Positions 1-8,288 of a DNA stretch of 47,884 nt are shown one piece after another (position 1 is the stretch's first letter; the number at the start of each line of letters is the position of its first letter). Position numbers and translations under genes: made by a program. The DNA is from Escherichia phage ZL19: sequence record OM258170. One strand, written 5' to 3'. The notes under the pieces were generated by a model. It was not told where the DNA came from. It saw only the letters and a list, made by a program, of their open reading frames with translations, and ran no database searches.

Positions 1-45
1 AGCTGACGCGTAATCGCCGTAGCGCGATGTAAGCCAACGCCTATC

Positions 46-83
46 GTTACGCTAGTTACGCGCAGCTACGCCCAGACTTACAC
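46..83. repeat. GTTACGC-type iteron-like repeats
   Basis: GTTACGC at 46-52 and 55-61, GCTACGC 65-71, CTTACAC 77-83. Confidence 0.5.
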
Positions 84-94
84 TATAAGTGCCT

Positions 95-146
95 AATATA
101 TATATATATCTTCTTTCTATTATTATTATTATTATTAATATTATTG
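95..146. repeat. (TA)n and (ATT)n microsatellite, AT-rich
   Basis: ATATATATATATAT followed by 5x ATT. Confidence 0.8.
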
Positions 147-284
147 TATGTAAGTCGTGTAACGGGGGTCTCGGCGATATTTATATGTTTTTTCCTCTCA
201 GTTATAGCCTTGTCTATAATTTAGGATATGGGGGGTGTTTTTGGGCTATTTGCCTCGTTACACGCACGACACGCTACTTACACC

Positions 285-309
285 GAGCTATAGCTGGGCT
301 GAAATGCCA
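285..309. repeat. conserved 25-bp box with AGCTATAGCT palindrome (copy 1)
   Basis: GAGCTATAGCTGGGCTGAAATGCCA, 24/25 identical to 30410-30434. Confidence 0.8.
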
Positions 310-348
310 TTTCGCGTAACGACCCCTCAAAGTTACCAAAAATTACAC

Positions 349-377
349 TTGACTACATGTGTAAGTCGGGATATGAT
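349..377 (+). promoter_or_regulatory. sigma70-like promoter TTGACT-17-TATGAT
   Basis: TTGACT 349-354, 17-nt spacer, TATGAT 372-377, ~30 nt upstream of first gene. Confidence 0.6.
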
Positions 378-408
378 GGACTCAACTTAAACGAGAGGAG
401 TGATAGAA

Positions 409-888
409 ATGAACGAGAAAGTAACATTAGGCCAAGTGATTCGTGAGATGGTGAAAGCAGCGCTTAAGTCTGAGGACAAGCAAATCAGCGTGACGCTCAA
501 CAAGATTGAGAGCCTTATTGGCGCTGAGGAGGGCGGTCTACATAAGCTTAAAAGCTCATACATCTATAATACGACGGCTCGCATGCCAGAGCTGAGAGAT
601 GCAGGGCTGAAGGCAACTCACTATTATGATGAGGATGAGGGTGATAGTGAGTTTGGTGAAACCACTCTAGCTGGAGACAAAAAGCTTGTTATTAAGCTGA
701 TTCCAGGCTCAGCAAACATTGGAATCAGGAAGAAGACCAACGACGCGATCAAGGATGAGGCAATCACTGAGTTCAAGGCGAAGATTTCTAAGGTGATGCC
801 AGACATTTCGGAGTATGAGGGTGAGGCGCTTACCGCGGCTATGAAGGCCATCAAGGATTACCGTTTAATTATCGATGATATTAAGTAA
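409..888 (+). CDS. hypothetical early protein (acidic)
   Basis: Track ORF 400..888 starts at GTG; in-frame ATG 409 has RBS GAGAGGAG 9 nt upstream. Confidence 0.5.
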   Translation: MNEKVTLGQVIREMVKAALKSEDKQISVTLNKIESLIGAEEGGLHKLKSSYIYNTTARMPELRDAGLKATHYYDEDEGDSEFGETTLAGDKKLVIKLIPGSANIGIRKKTNDAIKDEAITEFKAKISKVMPDISEYEGEALTAAMKAIKDYRLIIDDIK

Positions 889-964
889 TGCTTGACTTCA
901 ACTAGGACAAATTGACGACAAGGCATCTTGCGAGGTGCCTCAATAAGACAACTGGAGATAAAAC

Positions 965-1159
965 ATGAAAACTAAAATGGTACACAAGAGCGAAGTTAAG
1001 ATTGGGGATACTGTTATTCATCGTGGCTATCTTAGAACTGTAAACGCCAACACTTTTAGTGAGGATGAGTTTATGGGCCTACTCCTTTGGGGTGACTCCT
1101 ACCAACTTGGGCAGGAGAAGGTTGAGGTGATAATTGATGTTAAGCAGGCAAATTGCTAA
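965..1159 (+). CDS. hypothetical protein (64 aa)
   Basis: ORF with GGAGA RBS. Confidence 0.45.
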   Translation: MKTKMVHKSEVKIGDTVIHRGYLRTVNANTFSEDEFMGLLLWGDSYQLGQEKVEVIIDVKQANC

Positions 1160-1227
1160 ACAATGGATCGGGTAGTCAGCTATGATTACCCCATAGACAA
1201 CAAAGAGAAAGTATTGAGGATTGTAGG

Positions 1228-1491
1228 ATGAAACGTTTAATGAAATGCATGACTATTATTGCGGCAATGGTTGATCTTACTGGCTGCAAGAAGGTGTCGG
1301 AGGTTCAGATTCAGTCAGGTGAGTTCAATGTGGAGCGTCTATTCACAGTGGATGGATGTACCGCCTACCGATTCCTAGATAACGGTAGAACCGTCTACTA
1401 CACAAATTGCCATGGCAGTACGCAGAGTGAGTGCAATTCAGGCAAGGTCATGAAACAAGAAACAGTTCAGACAAATAGCACTAATTGGTAA
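1228..1491 (+). CDS. putative lipoprotein (signal peptide ending LTGC)
   Basis: N-terminal hydrophobic segment with lipobox-like LTGC; GAGGA RBS. Confidence 0.45.
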   Translation: MKRLMKCMTIIAAMVDLTGCKKVSEVQIQSGEFNVERLFTVDGCTAYRFLDNGRTVYYTNCHGSTQSECNSGKVMKQETVQTNSTNW

Positions 1492-1548
1492 AAAGGGATC
1501 ATCCTGACTGGTATAATCCACACATCAGCCACACTAAATGGTAGCAAT

Positions 1549-2001
1549 ATGAGAAAGGTAGATGAATTAATAATAATGATAAGTAGGCAAACGGATGATT
1601 GTATAGAGTGGAATAACTCAAGGACCGTTGATGGATATGGCCAGGTAAGATATGCTGGAACAACTAGAAGGGCGCACAAAGTAGCTTACTGCATAAGCAA
1701 TGATATAGATTATGAATGCGTAAAAGGTGTAATAATGCATTCATGCGATAATCCTTCTTGCATTAATCCAAAGCACCTATCGGTAGGTAGTCAGCATGAT
1801 AACGTGATTGATTGCGTATCAAAGGGCAGGTTCCGAAGCGTTGAGGGGCTTAAGAACCCGAAGTCAATAGTAACCATCGAAGACTCAAGAAAGATGTTAA
1901 GAATGAGAACTGATGGCATGACCTATCAGGATATAGCTGACGCAATGGTCGTTGGCAAAAGCACAGCATACAGAGTGATAACTACAGGATACTTACTATG
2001 A
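1549..2001 (+). CDS. HNH homing endonuclease
   Basis: HNH-type His/Asn/Cys motifs (HSCDNPSCINPKHL, GSQHDN); start uncertain. Confidence 0.55.
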   Translation: MRKVDELIIMISRQTDDCIEWNNSRTVDGYGQVRYAGTTRRAHKVAYCISNDIDYECVKGVIMHSCDNPSCINPKHLSVGSQHDNVIDCVSKGRFRSVEGLKNPKSIVTIEDSRKMLRMRTDGMTYQDIADAMVVGKSTAYRVITTGYLL

Positions 2002-2537
2002 ATCAGCTATACACCATGATTAAACACCATTTAGAAACAGTTGCAGTCAATAAAAAAGTATACTGCTTTGATTTCGACGGCACTCTGTCAGACGGAACTC
2101 ACCGCCTGCATAAGCTGCCGACCAAGGATTTGCACCTCACTGAGTCATGGCTTGAATTTAACTCATTGAGCAAGTTCGATCAGCCATTCCAGGAAACGAT
2201 TGACGTAATGAATAGCCTATTCGCTTCCGGCGCTTTCATCATCGTACTCACTGGTCGATCTGATGCTGTTGTTGAGGAATCAACGCAATGGCTGCATGAT
2301 GCTGGCGCTAAATATAGCGTTCTGGTCATGCGCCAGGCTGATGATAACCGAAAGGATACGATCATCAAGGAAGAGTTTTTACGATACATTGGCTTGCACC
2401 GCATCACCGCAGCGTGGGATGATAGCGTGAGTGTTATAAAGCACTTCCGCAGCTTAGGCATTACCACGTATCAGGTATGTGACTATGGCGATAAACTACA
2501 CGCCGGACTCGGATCGCATGGCGTTCATCATAAGTGA
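1998..2537 (+). CDS. HAD-superfamily phosphatase-like protein
   Basis: HAD motif I FDFDGTL near N-terminus; ATGA overlap with upstream stop. Confidence 0.55.
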   Translation: MNQLYTMIKHHLETVAVNKKVYCFDFDGTLSDGTHRLHKLPTKDLHLTESWLEFNSLSKFDQPFQETIDVMNSLFASGAFIIVLTGRSDAVVEESTQWLHDAGAKYSVLVMRQADDNRKDTIIKEEFLRYIGLHRITAAWDDSVSVIKHFRSLGITTYQVCDYGDKLHAGLGSHGVHHK

Positions 2538-2655
2538 CGATATACGAACATAAATTCAGCAGCAGGGGTATTGATATGCTCCTGCACTATATAGACGAAA
2601 AATACGCAAGGCTAATGCTTAAGACGCATGGCGGCACAATAACGAGGATTAATAT

Positions 2656-2916
2656 ATGAGCAAGTACGACCGCAAAATCATTGGTATTGATGGCACGGTA
2701 ACAACAGTAGATGTTTATCGTGTTCTTGATGCTTTTGGCGTAACTGACCCAGCAACGCAGCACGCGGTAAAGAAGATGCTTTGTATGGGATTGCGTGGCC
2801 ACAAAGATTACTTAACTGATCTTAATGACTCTATTGAGTCACTACAGAAAGCTAAGGAGCTTTACTTGCAGAGGATGATTAGTGAATCGCCTAAATCAAT
2901 TCAGGCTGGTAAATAG
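2656..2916 (+). CDS. hypothetical protein (86 aa)
   Basis: ORF with GAGGA RBS; stop TAG lies inside downstream promoter palindrome. Confidence 0.45.
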   Translation: MSKYDRKIIGIDGTVTTVDVYRVLDAFGVTDPATQHAVKKMLCMGLRGHKDYLTDLNDSIESLQKAKELYLQRMISESPKSIQAGK

Positions 2917-2956
2917 CACGAATTGCTAAAACCGCTCCGGCGGTTTTAGTTATAGT
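2914..2956 (+). promoter_or_regulatory. palindrome-type promoter module (TAGCACGAATTGCTA + TATAGT -10)
   Basis: 15-bp palindrome 2914-2928, -10 TATAGT 2951-2956 (37 bp downstream), then leader and RBS. Confidence 0.55.
2929..2947 (+). terminator. intrinsic terminator hairpin inside promoter module
   Basis: AAACCGC-TCCG-GCGGTTTT hairpin with T-run. Confidence 0.5.
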
Positions 2957-2985
2957 TAGTTAACACCAAACGAGAGGAAAGAGAA

Positions 2986-3078
2986 ATGAAGCAATACCCA
3001 TCAAGCAATCACCATAACGGTCACATCATGCAGTTCTACCGCCACAATCTGAAGACTAAGGGAGTATTTGGAAAATGA
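2986..3078 (+). CDS. small ORF (30 aa)
   Basis: ATG with GAGAGGAAAGAG RBS directly after promoter module; ATGA overlap with next gene; below track cutoff. Confidence 0.3.
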   Translation: MKQYPSSNHHNGHIMQFYRHNLKTKGVFGK

Positions 3079-3371
3079 TTACAATTAACCTATCAGATAA
3101 AGACGCCGCAATCCTGAAGAGCATAGCTCAATTCAGTAACTCCAGCCCATTCGAGCAGATGAGGGTTGCCAAAGAGGTCGTGGCGCAGATTAATAACCAG
3201 CAGTTCGACGTCGGCGAATTCGAGTCATCACGTCAGTACGAGTCGCTTAGCGTGCAGAGTGCAGGGTTCATACCAAAGAGCGAGTTCACTAAAGGGAAGG
3301 GGTGGAGCATGAAAAAATCGCAGTCAGAATACTCATACCTAGATAACTGGGATAAGGCGAATAAGAAATGA
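3075..3371 (+). CDS. hypothetical protein (98 aa)
   Basis: ORF translationally coupled to upstream small ORF. Confidence 0.45.
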   Translation: MITINLSDKDAAILKSIAQFSNSSPFEQMRVAKEVVAQINNQQFDVGEFESSRQYESLSVQSAGFIPKSEFTKGKGWSMKKSQSEYSYLDNWDKANKK

Positions 3372-3556
3372 AAGATATTAAAACCACAGATCGAAGCGAT
3401 GACCCCCTAATGTTCCAGGTTGACAGCAAGACAACGAAAGAGCACATGAATAAACTGGAGTCATTTGGGATTGATGTTGGCGCATCGAAAGCAACATATG
3501 CCGATAAAATAATCAAATCAGCCATTCAATATGATGTTGGGTTCGGAGAGGGCTGA
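3368..3556 (+). CDS. hypothetical protein (62 aa)
   Basis: ORF with ATGA start/stop overlap. Confidence 0.4.
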   Translation: MKDIKTTDRSDDPLMFQVDSKTTKEHMNKLESFGIDVGASKATYADKIIKSAIQYDVGFGEG

Positions 3557-3559
3557 AGG

Positions 3560-3697
3560 ATGATTTACATTCACACTTACTACACAGGTAAGTTTAACAG
3601 CGTCAAGCATGTTCGCGTGCATGATAGCTACGAGAGTGCAAAGGCGCAATGGCTTATTCTTGGCGGTGACATTAATTCATATAGAGTCGCTGAATAG
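3560..3697 (+). CDS. small ORF (45 aa)
   Basis: ATG 3560 with GGAGAGGG RBS; stop TAG inside next promoter palindrome. Confidence 0.3.
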   Translation: MIYIHTYYTGKFNSVKHVRVHDSYESAKAQWLILGGDINSYRVAE

Positions 3698-3737
3698 CAC
3701 GAATTGCTAAAGCAGTATTGGGGTAATCTGATATAGT
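3695..3737 (+). promoter_or_regulatory. palindrome-type promoter module
   Basis: TAGCACGAATTGCTA 3695-3709; TG-n-TATAGT 3729-3737; TACCCCATTGAAACGAG leader. Confidence 0.55.
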
Positions 3738-3768
3738 TACCCCATTGAAACGAGATGAGGAATTGGAA

Positions 3769-4086
3769 ATGAAAGATCTTAGAATGTTTACTGTTTTTGT
3801 TGCAGTGGATGATGTTGATGGCGAAAATTCATTCTTTGTTTTCGAGCACGAAAAAGTAGCGGAATGGGAAAGATACTATTCTTATGTTGTTTTACCTGTA
3901 TCCGTGTTTGAAGGTCAATATATAATCGATAAGATAGGTAAGTTAAAGGAATACATCATGAAGGAAAAGAAATGCGAATGGCCTGAGATCAACAAGAGGA
4001 AAAGAATGAACGATATGGTTAATCCAATAATGGTTTGCTCATTTGCTATTGATGAATCTAAAAGTGATGATGGGGTAAAAAGATGA
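3769..4086 (+). CDS. hypothetical protein (105 aa)
   Basis: Track ORF 3745..4086 starts at TTG; ATG 3769 has GAGGA RBS. Confidence 0.45.
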   Translation: MKDLRMFTVFVAVDDVDGENSFFVFEHEKVAEWERYYSYVVLPVSVFEGQYIIDKIGKLKEYIMKEKKCEWPEINKRKRMNDMVNPIMVCSFAIDESKSDDGVKR

Positions 4087-4122
4087 ATAGCGACCAAATA
4101 TTTGACATGATGATGAGTCAAT

Positions 4123-4329
4123 GTGAAGAGGTTGGTAAAAAAAATGGCAATGCGATTCCACCAATCAGAACCCAAGCTCCAGGCCAACCACTTCGACGGC
4201 TACGCGACATTCATCATTGCCCAGGCTTGCGGGATGCGTGACGAGCCACAGGTTCACACCATCCACTTAACAGAAGAACAGGCTCGAGAGTTGGCCTACG
4301 AAATTCTAGAGCAATTGAACCGAATTTAA
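4123..4329 (+). CDS. hypothetical protein (start uncertain: GTG 4123 or ATG 4144)
   Basis: Protein-like frame; a competing 52-codon frame from ATG 4083 is Pro/Arg-rich and looks non-coding. Confidence 0.35.
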   Translation: MKRLVKKMAMRFHQSEPKLQANHFDGYATFIIAQACGMRDEPQVHTIHLTEEQARELAYEILEQLNRI

Positions 4330-4380
4330 CGAGCCTAAAACGAATTCTAACGAACTATAATTTAAGTAAGGTGATTCATC

Positions 4381-4506
4381 ATGGAAGTACAAGAAAGCCC
4401 AGTAGAGTGGTGCAGGCGAATGCAGGACGAAGCTAAAACGGGCGAAGAGGCGATGGCTTACTACGAGCTGGCGAAAATGTGGATGGAGCGGGAGAAGAGA
4501 CAATGA
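4381..4506 (+). CDS. small ORF (41 aa)
   Basis: ATG with TAAGGTGA RBS; ATGA overlap with next ORF. Confidence 0.3.
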   Translation: MEVQESPVEWCRRMQDEAKTGEEAMAYYELAKMWMEREKRQ

Positions 4507-4655
4507 GCTTCACTGAATATGTTATCGCATGCGAGAGGTTGGTTTTCGATATGAAGACTTTCCACTGGTTCGTCATTAAGGATTTGATTAAGCCTTATAA
4601 GCAGGGCGTGACACCTGAGGCATTTATCAAGAGCTTCTATAGCACTAAAAGCTAA
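4503..4655 (+). CDS. small ORF (50 aa)
   Basis: Coupled to upstream ORF; 3' end overlaps promoter palindrome. Confidence 0.3.
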   Translation: MSFTEYVIACERLVFDMKTFHWFVIKDLIKPYKQGVTPEAFIKSFYSTKS

Positions 4656-4682
4656 ACGCAGTCGCCACGGATGGCATATAAT
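4640..4682 (+). promoter_or_regulatory. palindrome-type promoter module (variant TAGCACTAAAAGCTA)
   Basis: Motif 4640-4654, CCACGGATGGC box, -10 TATAAT 4677-4682. Confidence 0.5.
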
Positions 4683-4712
4683 TACCCAATCAACACAGCG
4701 AGAGATTGAGAA

Positions 4713-4949
4713 ATGTTCGGACTAAATGACGCATACTTCAACGCAGTTAAGCGACAGGCTGACAAGCTAAACGATGAGTACAGCAAATTGGGAGTAAAGA
4801 AGAAAGATGATAAGGTTGTGGCTGCACTGATCACACAGGTTTGGGGCCCGGTATCAACACTTATCGCTCGCGATAAATTTGTGTGGATTGCTGGTTATCG
4901 AAAGGGTCGAGTTGGTCATGACGAGAATGGGAATAGCCTTTATGAATAA
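4713..4949 (+). CDS. hypothetical protein (78 aa)
   Basis: ORF downstream of promoter module with GAGAGA RBS. Confidence 0.45.
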   Translation: MFGLNDAYFNAVKRQADKLNDEYSKLGVKKKDDKVVAALITQVWGPVSTLIARDKFVWIAGYRKGRVGHDENGNSLYE

Positions 4950-5127
4950 TTGTAAGCACCACTATTACTACGCATACGAGTCGAAAGTGGAGAAGTCTGA
5001 CATTGATGGGCTTAAACATGGATGGGCTGACACAACTGCGCCATGTATCTTCGTAGGAATGAAAATGGCATTCTACGTTTGCAGTAAGTGCTACAATATA
5101 CTTATCGCGGAGAGGCTAGGTAAATGA
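4942..5127 (+). CDS. hypothetical Cys-containing protein (61 aa)
   Basis: Track ORF 4879..5127 trimmed to ATG overlapping upstream stop; start uncertain. Confidence 0.35.
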   Translation: MNNCKHHYYYAYESKVEKSDIDGLKHGWADTTAPCIFVGMKMAFYVCSKCYNILIAERLGK

Positions 5128-5210
5128 GCGAGTTAACAATCTGGTTTATCGCAGGGCTGATTACTTGGGGTTACTTTTTAATCGCTTAGATGGAGATTGT
5201 CAAAAAGAGC

Positions 5211-5239
5211 TTGCATCACTGACCGGAATTACCTAATAT
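5211..5239 (+). promoter_or_regulatory. sigma70-like promoter TTGCAT-17-TAATAT
   Basis: Hexamers with 17-nt spacer upstream of a ~180-nt non-coding stretch and the tRNA. Confidence 0.45.
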
Positions 5240-5422
5240 TGACCACGTAGAAGACAGCCATCCAAGATGGAACGGCGCACGGAGCGCACTACACGGTAAG
5301 TCCGTTGCTCATTAAGTAGCGTATGCGGCACACCCTTACGGGACTTGCAAGACCTAGCGCAAATAGGCAGATTAACCGGCTGTATCAGGCAGCCCCGGAG
5401 CCGTAACCGGGACTCATTCAAA

Positions 5423-5500
5423 GCTCTGCTAGCTCAACAGGATAGCAGCAACGACCTTCTAAGTCGTAGGTTACTGGTTCGAATCCAGTGCGGAGCGCCA
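5423..5500 (+). tRNA. tRNA-Arg (anticodon UCU), CCA encoded
   Basis: 7-bp acceptor stem GCTCTGC/GCGGAGC, anticodon stem ACGAC/GTCGT with loop CTTCTAA, T-arm ACTGG-TTCGAAT-CCAGT, GG in D-loop; D-arm atypical (3-bp stem, long loop). Confidence 0.7.
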
Positions 5501-5514
5501 ATAAAGGAGTCATT

Positions 5515-5697
5515 ATGTGGGATGTGAAGTTGTCCATTCGCTTAATGGGCCGCTCGTGCAAGAATTGCACTCAAGATTACATCGCGTCAGTTGCCGCAAT
5601 CAGCGCTGAGGATGCGGTAGCGAAAGTAAAGGAGTTGTCGGGCGCTGACCCTGATACCCACAAATTCCTGGTAGCTTACGTTCGTGAGCGAAAGTAA
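5515..5697 (+). CDS. hypothetical protein (60 aa)
   Basis: ATG with AAAGGAG RBS just after tRNA; track ORF 5488 starts at GTG inside the tRNA. Confidence 0.4.
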   Translation: MWDVKLSIRLMGRSCKNCTQDYIASVAAISAEDAVAKVKELSGADPDTHKFLVAYVRERK

Positions 5698-5740
5698 AAA
5701 GTGTTATACCCTCGTTAAGTTTCGTTTCTCTCGTTGTTTT

Positions 5741-5764
5741 AGCCCTCGCTTGAGGGCTTTTTTC
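5741..5764 (+). terminator. intrinsic terminator
   Basis: AGCCCTC-GCTT-GAGGGCT hairpin followed by T-run. Confidence 0.65.
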
Positions 5765-5773
5765 GACTGCATG

Positions 5774-5802
5774 TTGACAATAATATGTAGGTGCATTAGT
5801 AT
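5774..5802 (+). promoter_or_regulatory. sigma70-like promoter TTGACA-17-TAGTAT
   Basis: Consensus -35 with 17-nt spacer, 47 nt upstream of ATG 5844. Confidence 0.6.
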
Positions 5803-5843
5803 TAACTCATCGGGGCGACCCACTAACCAGAAGGAGATTCAAA

Positions 5844-6047
5844 ATGATGACATTAAAGGCAGTATACAAAGATGGCAGTGAGCAGATTATAGAAGTTAAA
5901 AGAGTTGGCTACGCTCATGGGTCTAGACTTGTTGACTTCGTTGATTGCGATGGACCCGGCCAGTTCTTCATGGAGGACCGCGTCTTGTCTGTTTATGTGA
6001 TGAATTCAGCCGGCAGCACAGTTGGGAAATACCAACTAGCGGAGTGA
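5844..6047 (+). CDS. hypothetical protein (67 aa)
   Basis: ORF with AAGGAG RBS. Confidence 0.45.
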   Translation: MMTLKAVYKDGSEQIIEVKRVGYAHGSRLVDFVDCDGPGQFFMEDRVLSVYVMNSAGSTVGKYQLAE

Positions 6048-6056
6048 GTTGCCACC

Positions 6057-6081
6057 AAGCCCCTTAATTGGGGCTTTTTTA
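6057..6081 (+). terminator. intrinsic terminator
   Basis: AAGCCCC-TTAATT-GGGGCTT hairpin plus T6. Confidence 0.65.
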
Positions 6082-6125
6082 CGCCTGTAATATGGTATAA
6101 TCTACCATCAACAAAGGAGGATTAA

Positions 6126-6632
6126 ATGAGCAAAGCAGCATTAAAGATGGGTGAGGGAAATTTCAAGGCGCTCTACAACAAGAAGTATGGCGACATTGCT
6201 ATGGTGGCAATCAACCGCAAGTACACGCCTGAGGAAGTTTTTGACTTCGCTGTTCGATACTTCTCTTGGGCAGAGAGTGAGGCAATCAAGGCTATTGAGA
6301 CGGCAGCATTCCAGGGGGTTGTTGGTGAAAGCCTCGTACATAAACCGCGAGTATTCACCTTGACGGGGCTTGCGCTCTTCATGGGTGTTAATATCAATAG
6401 ATTCGCTCGCTGGCGCACTGAGGCTGGATACTCTGATGTTATGGAATTCATTGATAACGTAATCTACGAGCAGAAATACCAACTTGGCGTTGCAGGCATT
6501 ATCAACTCCACCATCGTTGGTAAAGAGCTTGGCATTGATAAGCCACAGGAGATTACCATCAGTAATAACTCTACAGCTAACGACGTTGATAGCATGAAGG
6601 AAGCACTGGAATCTGTGATTGGTAAATTATAA
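6126..6632 (+). CDS. terminase small subunit (putative)
   Basis: Directly upstream of TerL; motifs TLTGLALFMGV and GVAGIINSTIVGKELG resemble small-terminase family. Confidence 0.6.
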   Translation: MSKAALKMGEGNFKALYNKKYGDIAMVAINRKYTPEEVFDFAVRYFSWAESEAIKAIETAAFQGVVGESLVHKPRVFTLTGLALFMGVNINRFARWRTEAGYSDVMEFIDNVIYEQKYQLGVAGIINSTIVGKELGIDKPQEITISNNSTANDVDSMKEALESVIGKL

Positions 6633-6651
6633 CAATAAGAGGGTATAACAC

Positions 6652-8217
6652 ATGTCTTTAGTATGGGAAGAAATGACCATTCAGGAAAAGATGGCCGTCA
6701 AGGCGATATCAGAACACAGCTTCGAGGGCTTTCTTCGCTGCTGGTTCCAAATCACACAAGGCGAGCGATACATCCCTAACTGGCACCACAAATATCTATG
6801 CCGAATTATCGACGAGATTATAGCAGGGGAGCGAAAGGACACCATCATCAACATAGCGCCGGGTAGTGGAAAGACGGAAATCGCTTCAATTCACTTTCCG
6901 GCCTACTCTATGGTTAAGTTAAAGAAGGTTCGCAACCTTAACATCTCTTTTGCCGACTCACTGGTTAAGCGCAACTCCAAGCGCGTACGTGACCTCATCA
7001 AGTCTCAAGAATTTCAGTCACTCTGGCCATGTAAGTTTGGCACTTGCAAAGACGATGAGCTTCAGGTTCTTGATGAGAGTGGCAAGGTGAGATTTGAGTC
7101 AATCTCGAAAGCGGCTGGTGGTCAGATTACTGGTGCTCGAGGTGGGTACATAACTGAAACATATAGCGGCGCGGTTTTGCTGGATGATTTTGACAAGCCC
7201 GCCGATATGCTATCAGCAGTGTACCGCTCGAATAATCACGTAATGCTAAAGAACACGATTCGCTCACGTCGCGCTAGCTCTGTAAAAGGAAAGGCGACAC
7301 CAATAATTTCGATACAGCAGCGACTGCACGTCAATGACTCAACGTATTTCATGATGGAAGGCGGTATGGGTATCGACTTTGACTTGATTAAGATACCTGC
7401 GCTAGTTACTGAGGATTACATAGATTCGCTTCCTGACTGGATTAAAGAACAGTTTGCGGAAGACGTATTAAGCAGTGAGTGCATTGAGCGAGATGGCGTA
7501 AAGTACTACAGCTACTTTCCTAAAAAGGAGTCAGTAAACGACCTTGTTGCGATGTGGGATAGTGACCCGTACACTTTCCTTAGTCAATATCAGCAGGAAC
7601 CTGTAGCACTAGGTGGAAACCTCATTAATGTGGATTGGTTCCAGCGAATCAGCGATACTTTCAGACCTCCAGCTAAGTATGACTATAGATTCATCACATG
7701 CGATACCGCGATGACTACAAAGAGTTATAGTGACTTCTCTGTGCTTCAACTGTGGGGATATAAGGATGCTAAGATTTACCTTATAGACCAGCGTCGAGGC
7801 AAATGGGAGGCGCCTGAGTTGGAGGCGGAACTACTGGACTTCGAGAGGAAATCAAGGGCAACCAGTCAGGTAGATGGCATCCTACGAAAAATCATCATCG
7901 AGAAGAAATCATCCGGAATCGGACTTATTCAGTCGGCAGGCAGAGTGATGAGAACGCCGATAGAGCCATACGTACCTGATAACGACAAGCTAACCAGGGT
8001 AATGAGCGCACTGCCACAGATTAAGGCTGGCAATGTAGTTCTTCCAGAATCAGCGCCGTGGTTAAGCGGATTGCTCACGGAGATTGCAGCTTTTACGGCA
8101 GATGATAGCCACAAACACGATGACCAAATTGACTGTCTAACAATGGCAGTAAACCTTGTTCTCAATATCGCAGATGATCCTAAGTCCAGATTAATGCGCA
8201 TAGCGGGAATTAAATAG
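6652..8217 (+). CDS. terminase large subunit
   Basis: 521 aa, Walker A APGSGKT, C-terminal nuclease-like region, position before portal. Confidence 0.85.
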   Translation: MSLVWEEMTIQEKMAVKAISEHSFEGFLRCWFQITQGERYIPNWHHKYLCRIIDEIIAGERKDTIINIAPGSGKTEIASIHFPAYSMVKLKKVRNLNISFADSLVKRNSKRVRDLIKSQEFQSLWPCKFGTCKDDELQVLDESGKVRFESISKAAGGQITGARGGYITETYSGAVLLDDFDKPADMLSAVYRSNNHVMLKNTIRSRRASSVKGKATPIISIQQRLHVNDSTYFMMEGGMGIDFDLIKIPALVTEDYIDSLPDWIKEQFAEDVLSSECIERDGVKYYSYFPKKESVNDLVAMWDSDPYTFLSQYQQEPVALGGNLINVDWFQRISDTFRPPAKYDYRFITCDTAMTTKSYSDFSVLQLWGYKDAKIYLIDQRRGKWEAPELEAELLDFERKSRATSQVDGILRKIIIEKKSSGIGLIQSAGRVMRTPIEPYVPDNDKLTRVMSALPQIKAGNVVLPESAPWLSGLLTEIAAFTADDSHKHDDQIDCLTMAVNLVLNIADDPKSRLMRIAGIK

Positions 8218-8257
8218 CACTAATTGCTAAACATTGAGGCCACGGATGGCGTATATT
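8215..8257 (+). promoter_or_regulatory. palindrome-type promoter module
   Basis: TAGCACTAATTGCTA 8215-8229 overlapping TerL stop; CCACGGATGGC; -10 TATATT 8252-8257. Confidence 0.5.
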
Positions 8258-8288
8258 TACCTTACACAAACGAGAGGAGAAAAGACAA

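Noticed and set aside
89-319. Track ORF through the AT-rich microsatellite at the window start
   Set aside because: Low-complexity translation (poly-Ile/Tyr), GTG start without RBS, spans non-coding repeats; same for 30148..30411 and 30327..30581.
4083-4241. Alternative 52-codon frame starting at ATG 4083 (ATGA overlap with upstream stop)
   Set aside because: Translation is Pro/Arg-rich and unprotein-like compared with the overlapping 4123..4329 frame.
5233-5527. Track ORFs 5233..5421 (-) and 5345..5527 (+) over the tRNA region
   Set aside because: Overlap the tRNA-Arg and its leader; no RBS; Arg/Pro-rich translations typical of non-coding frames.
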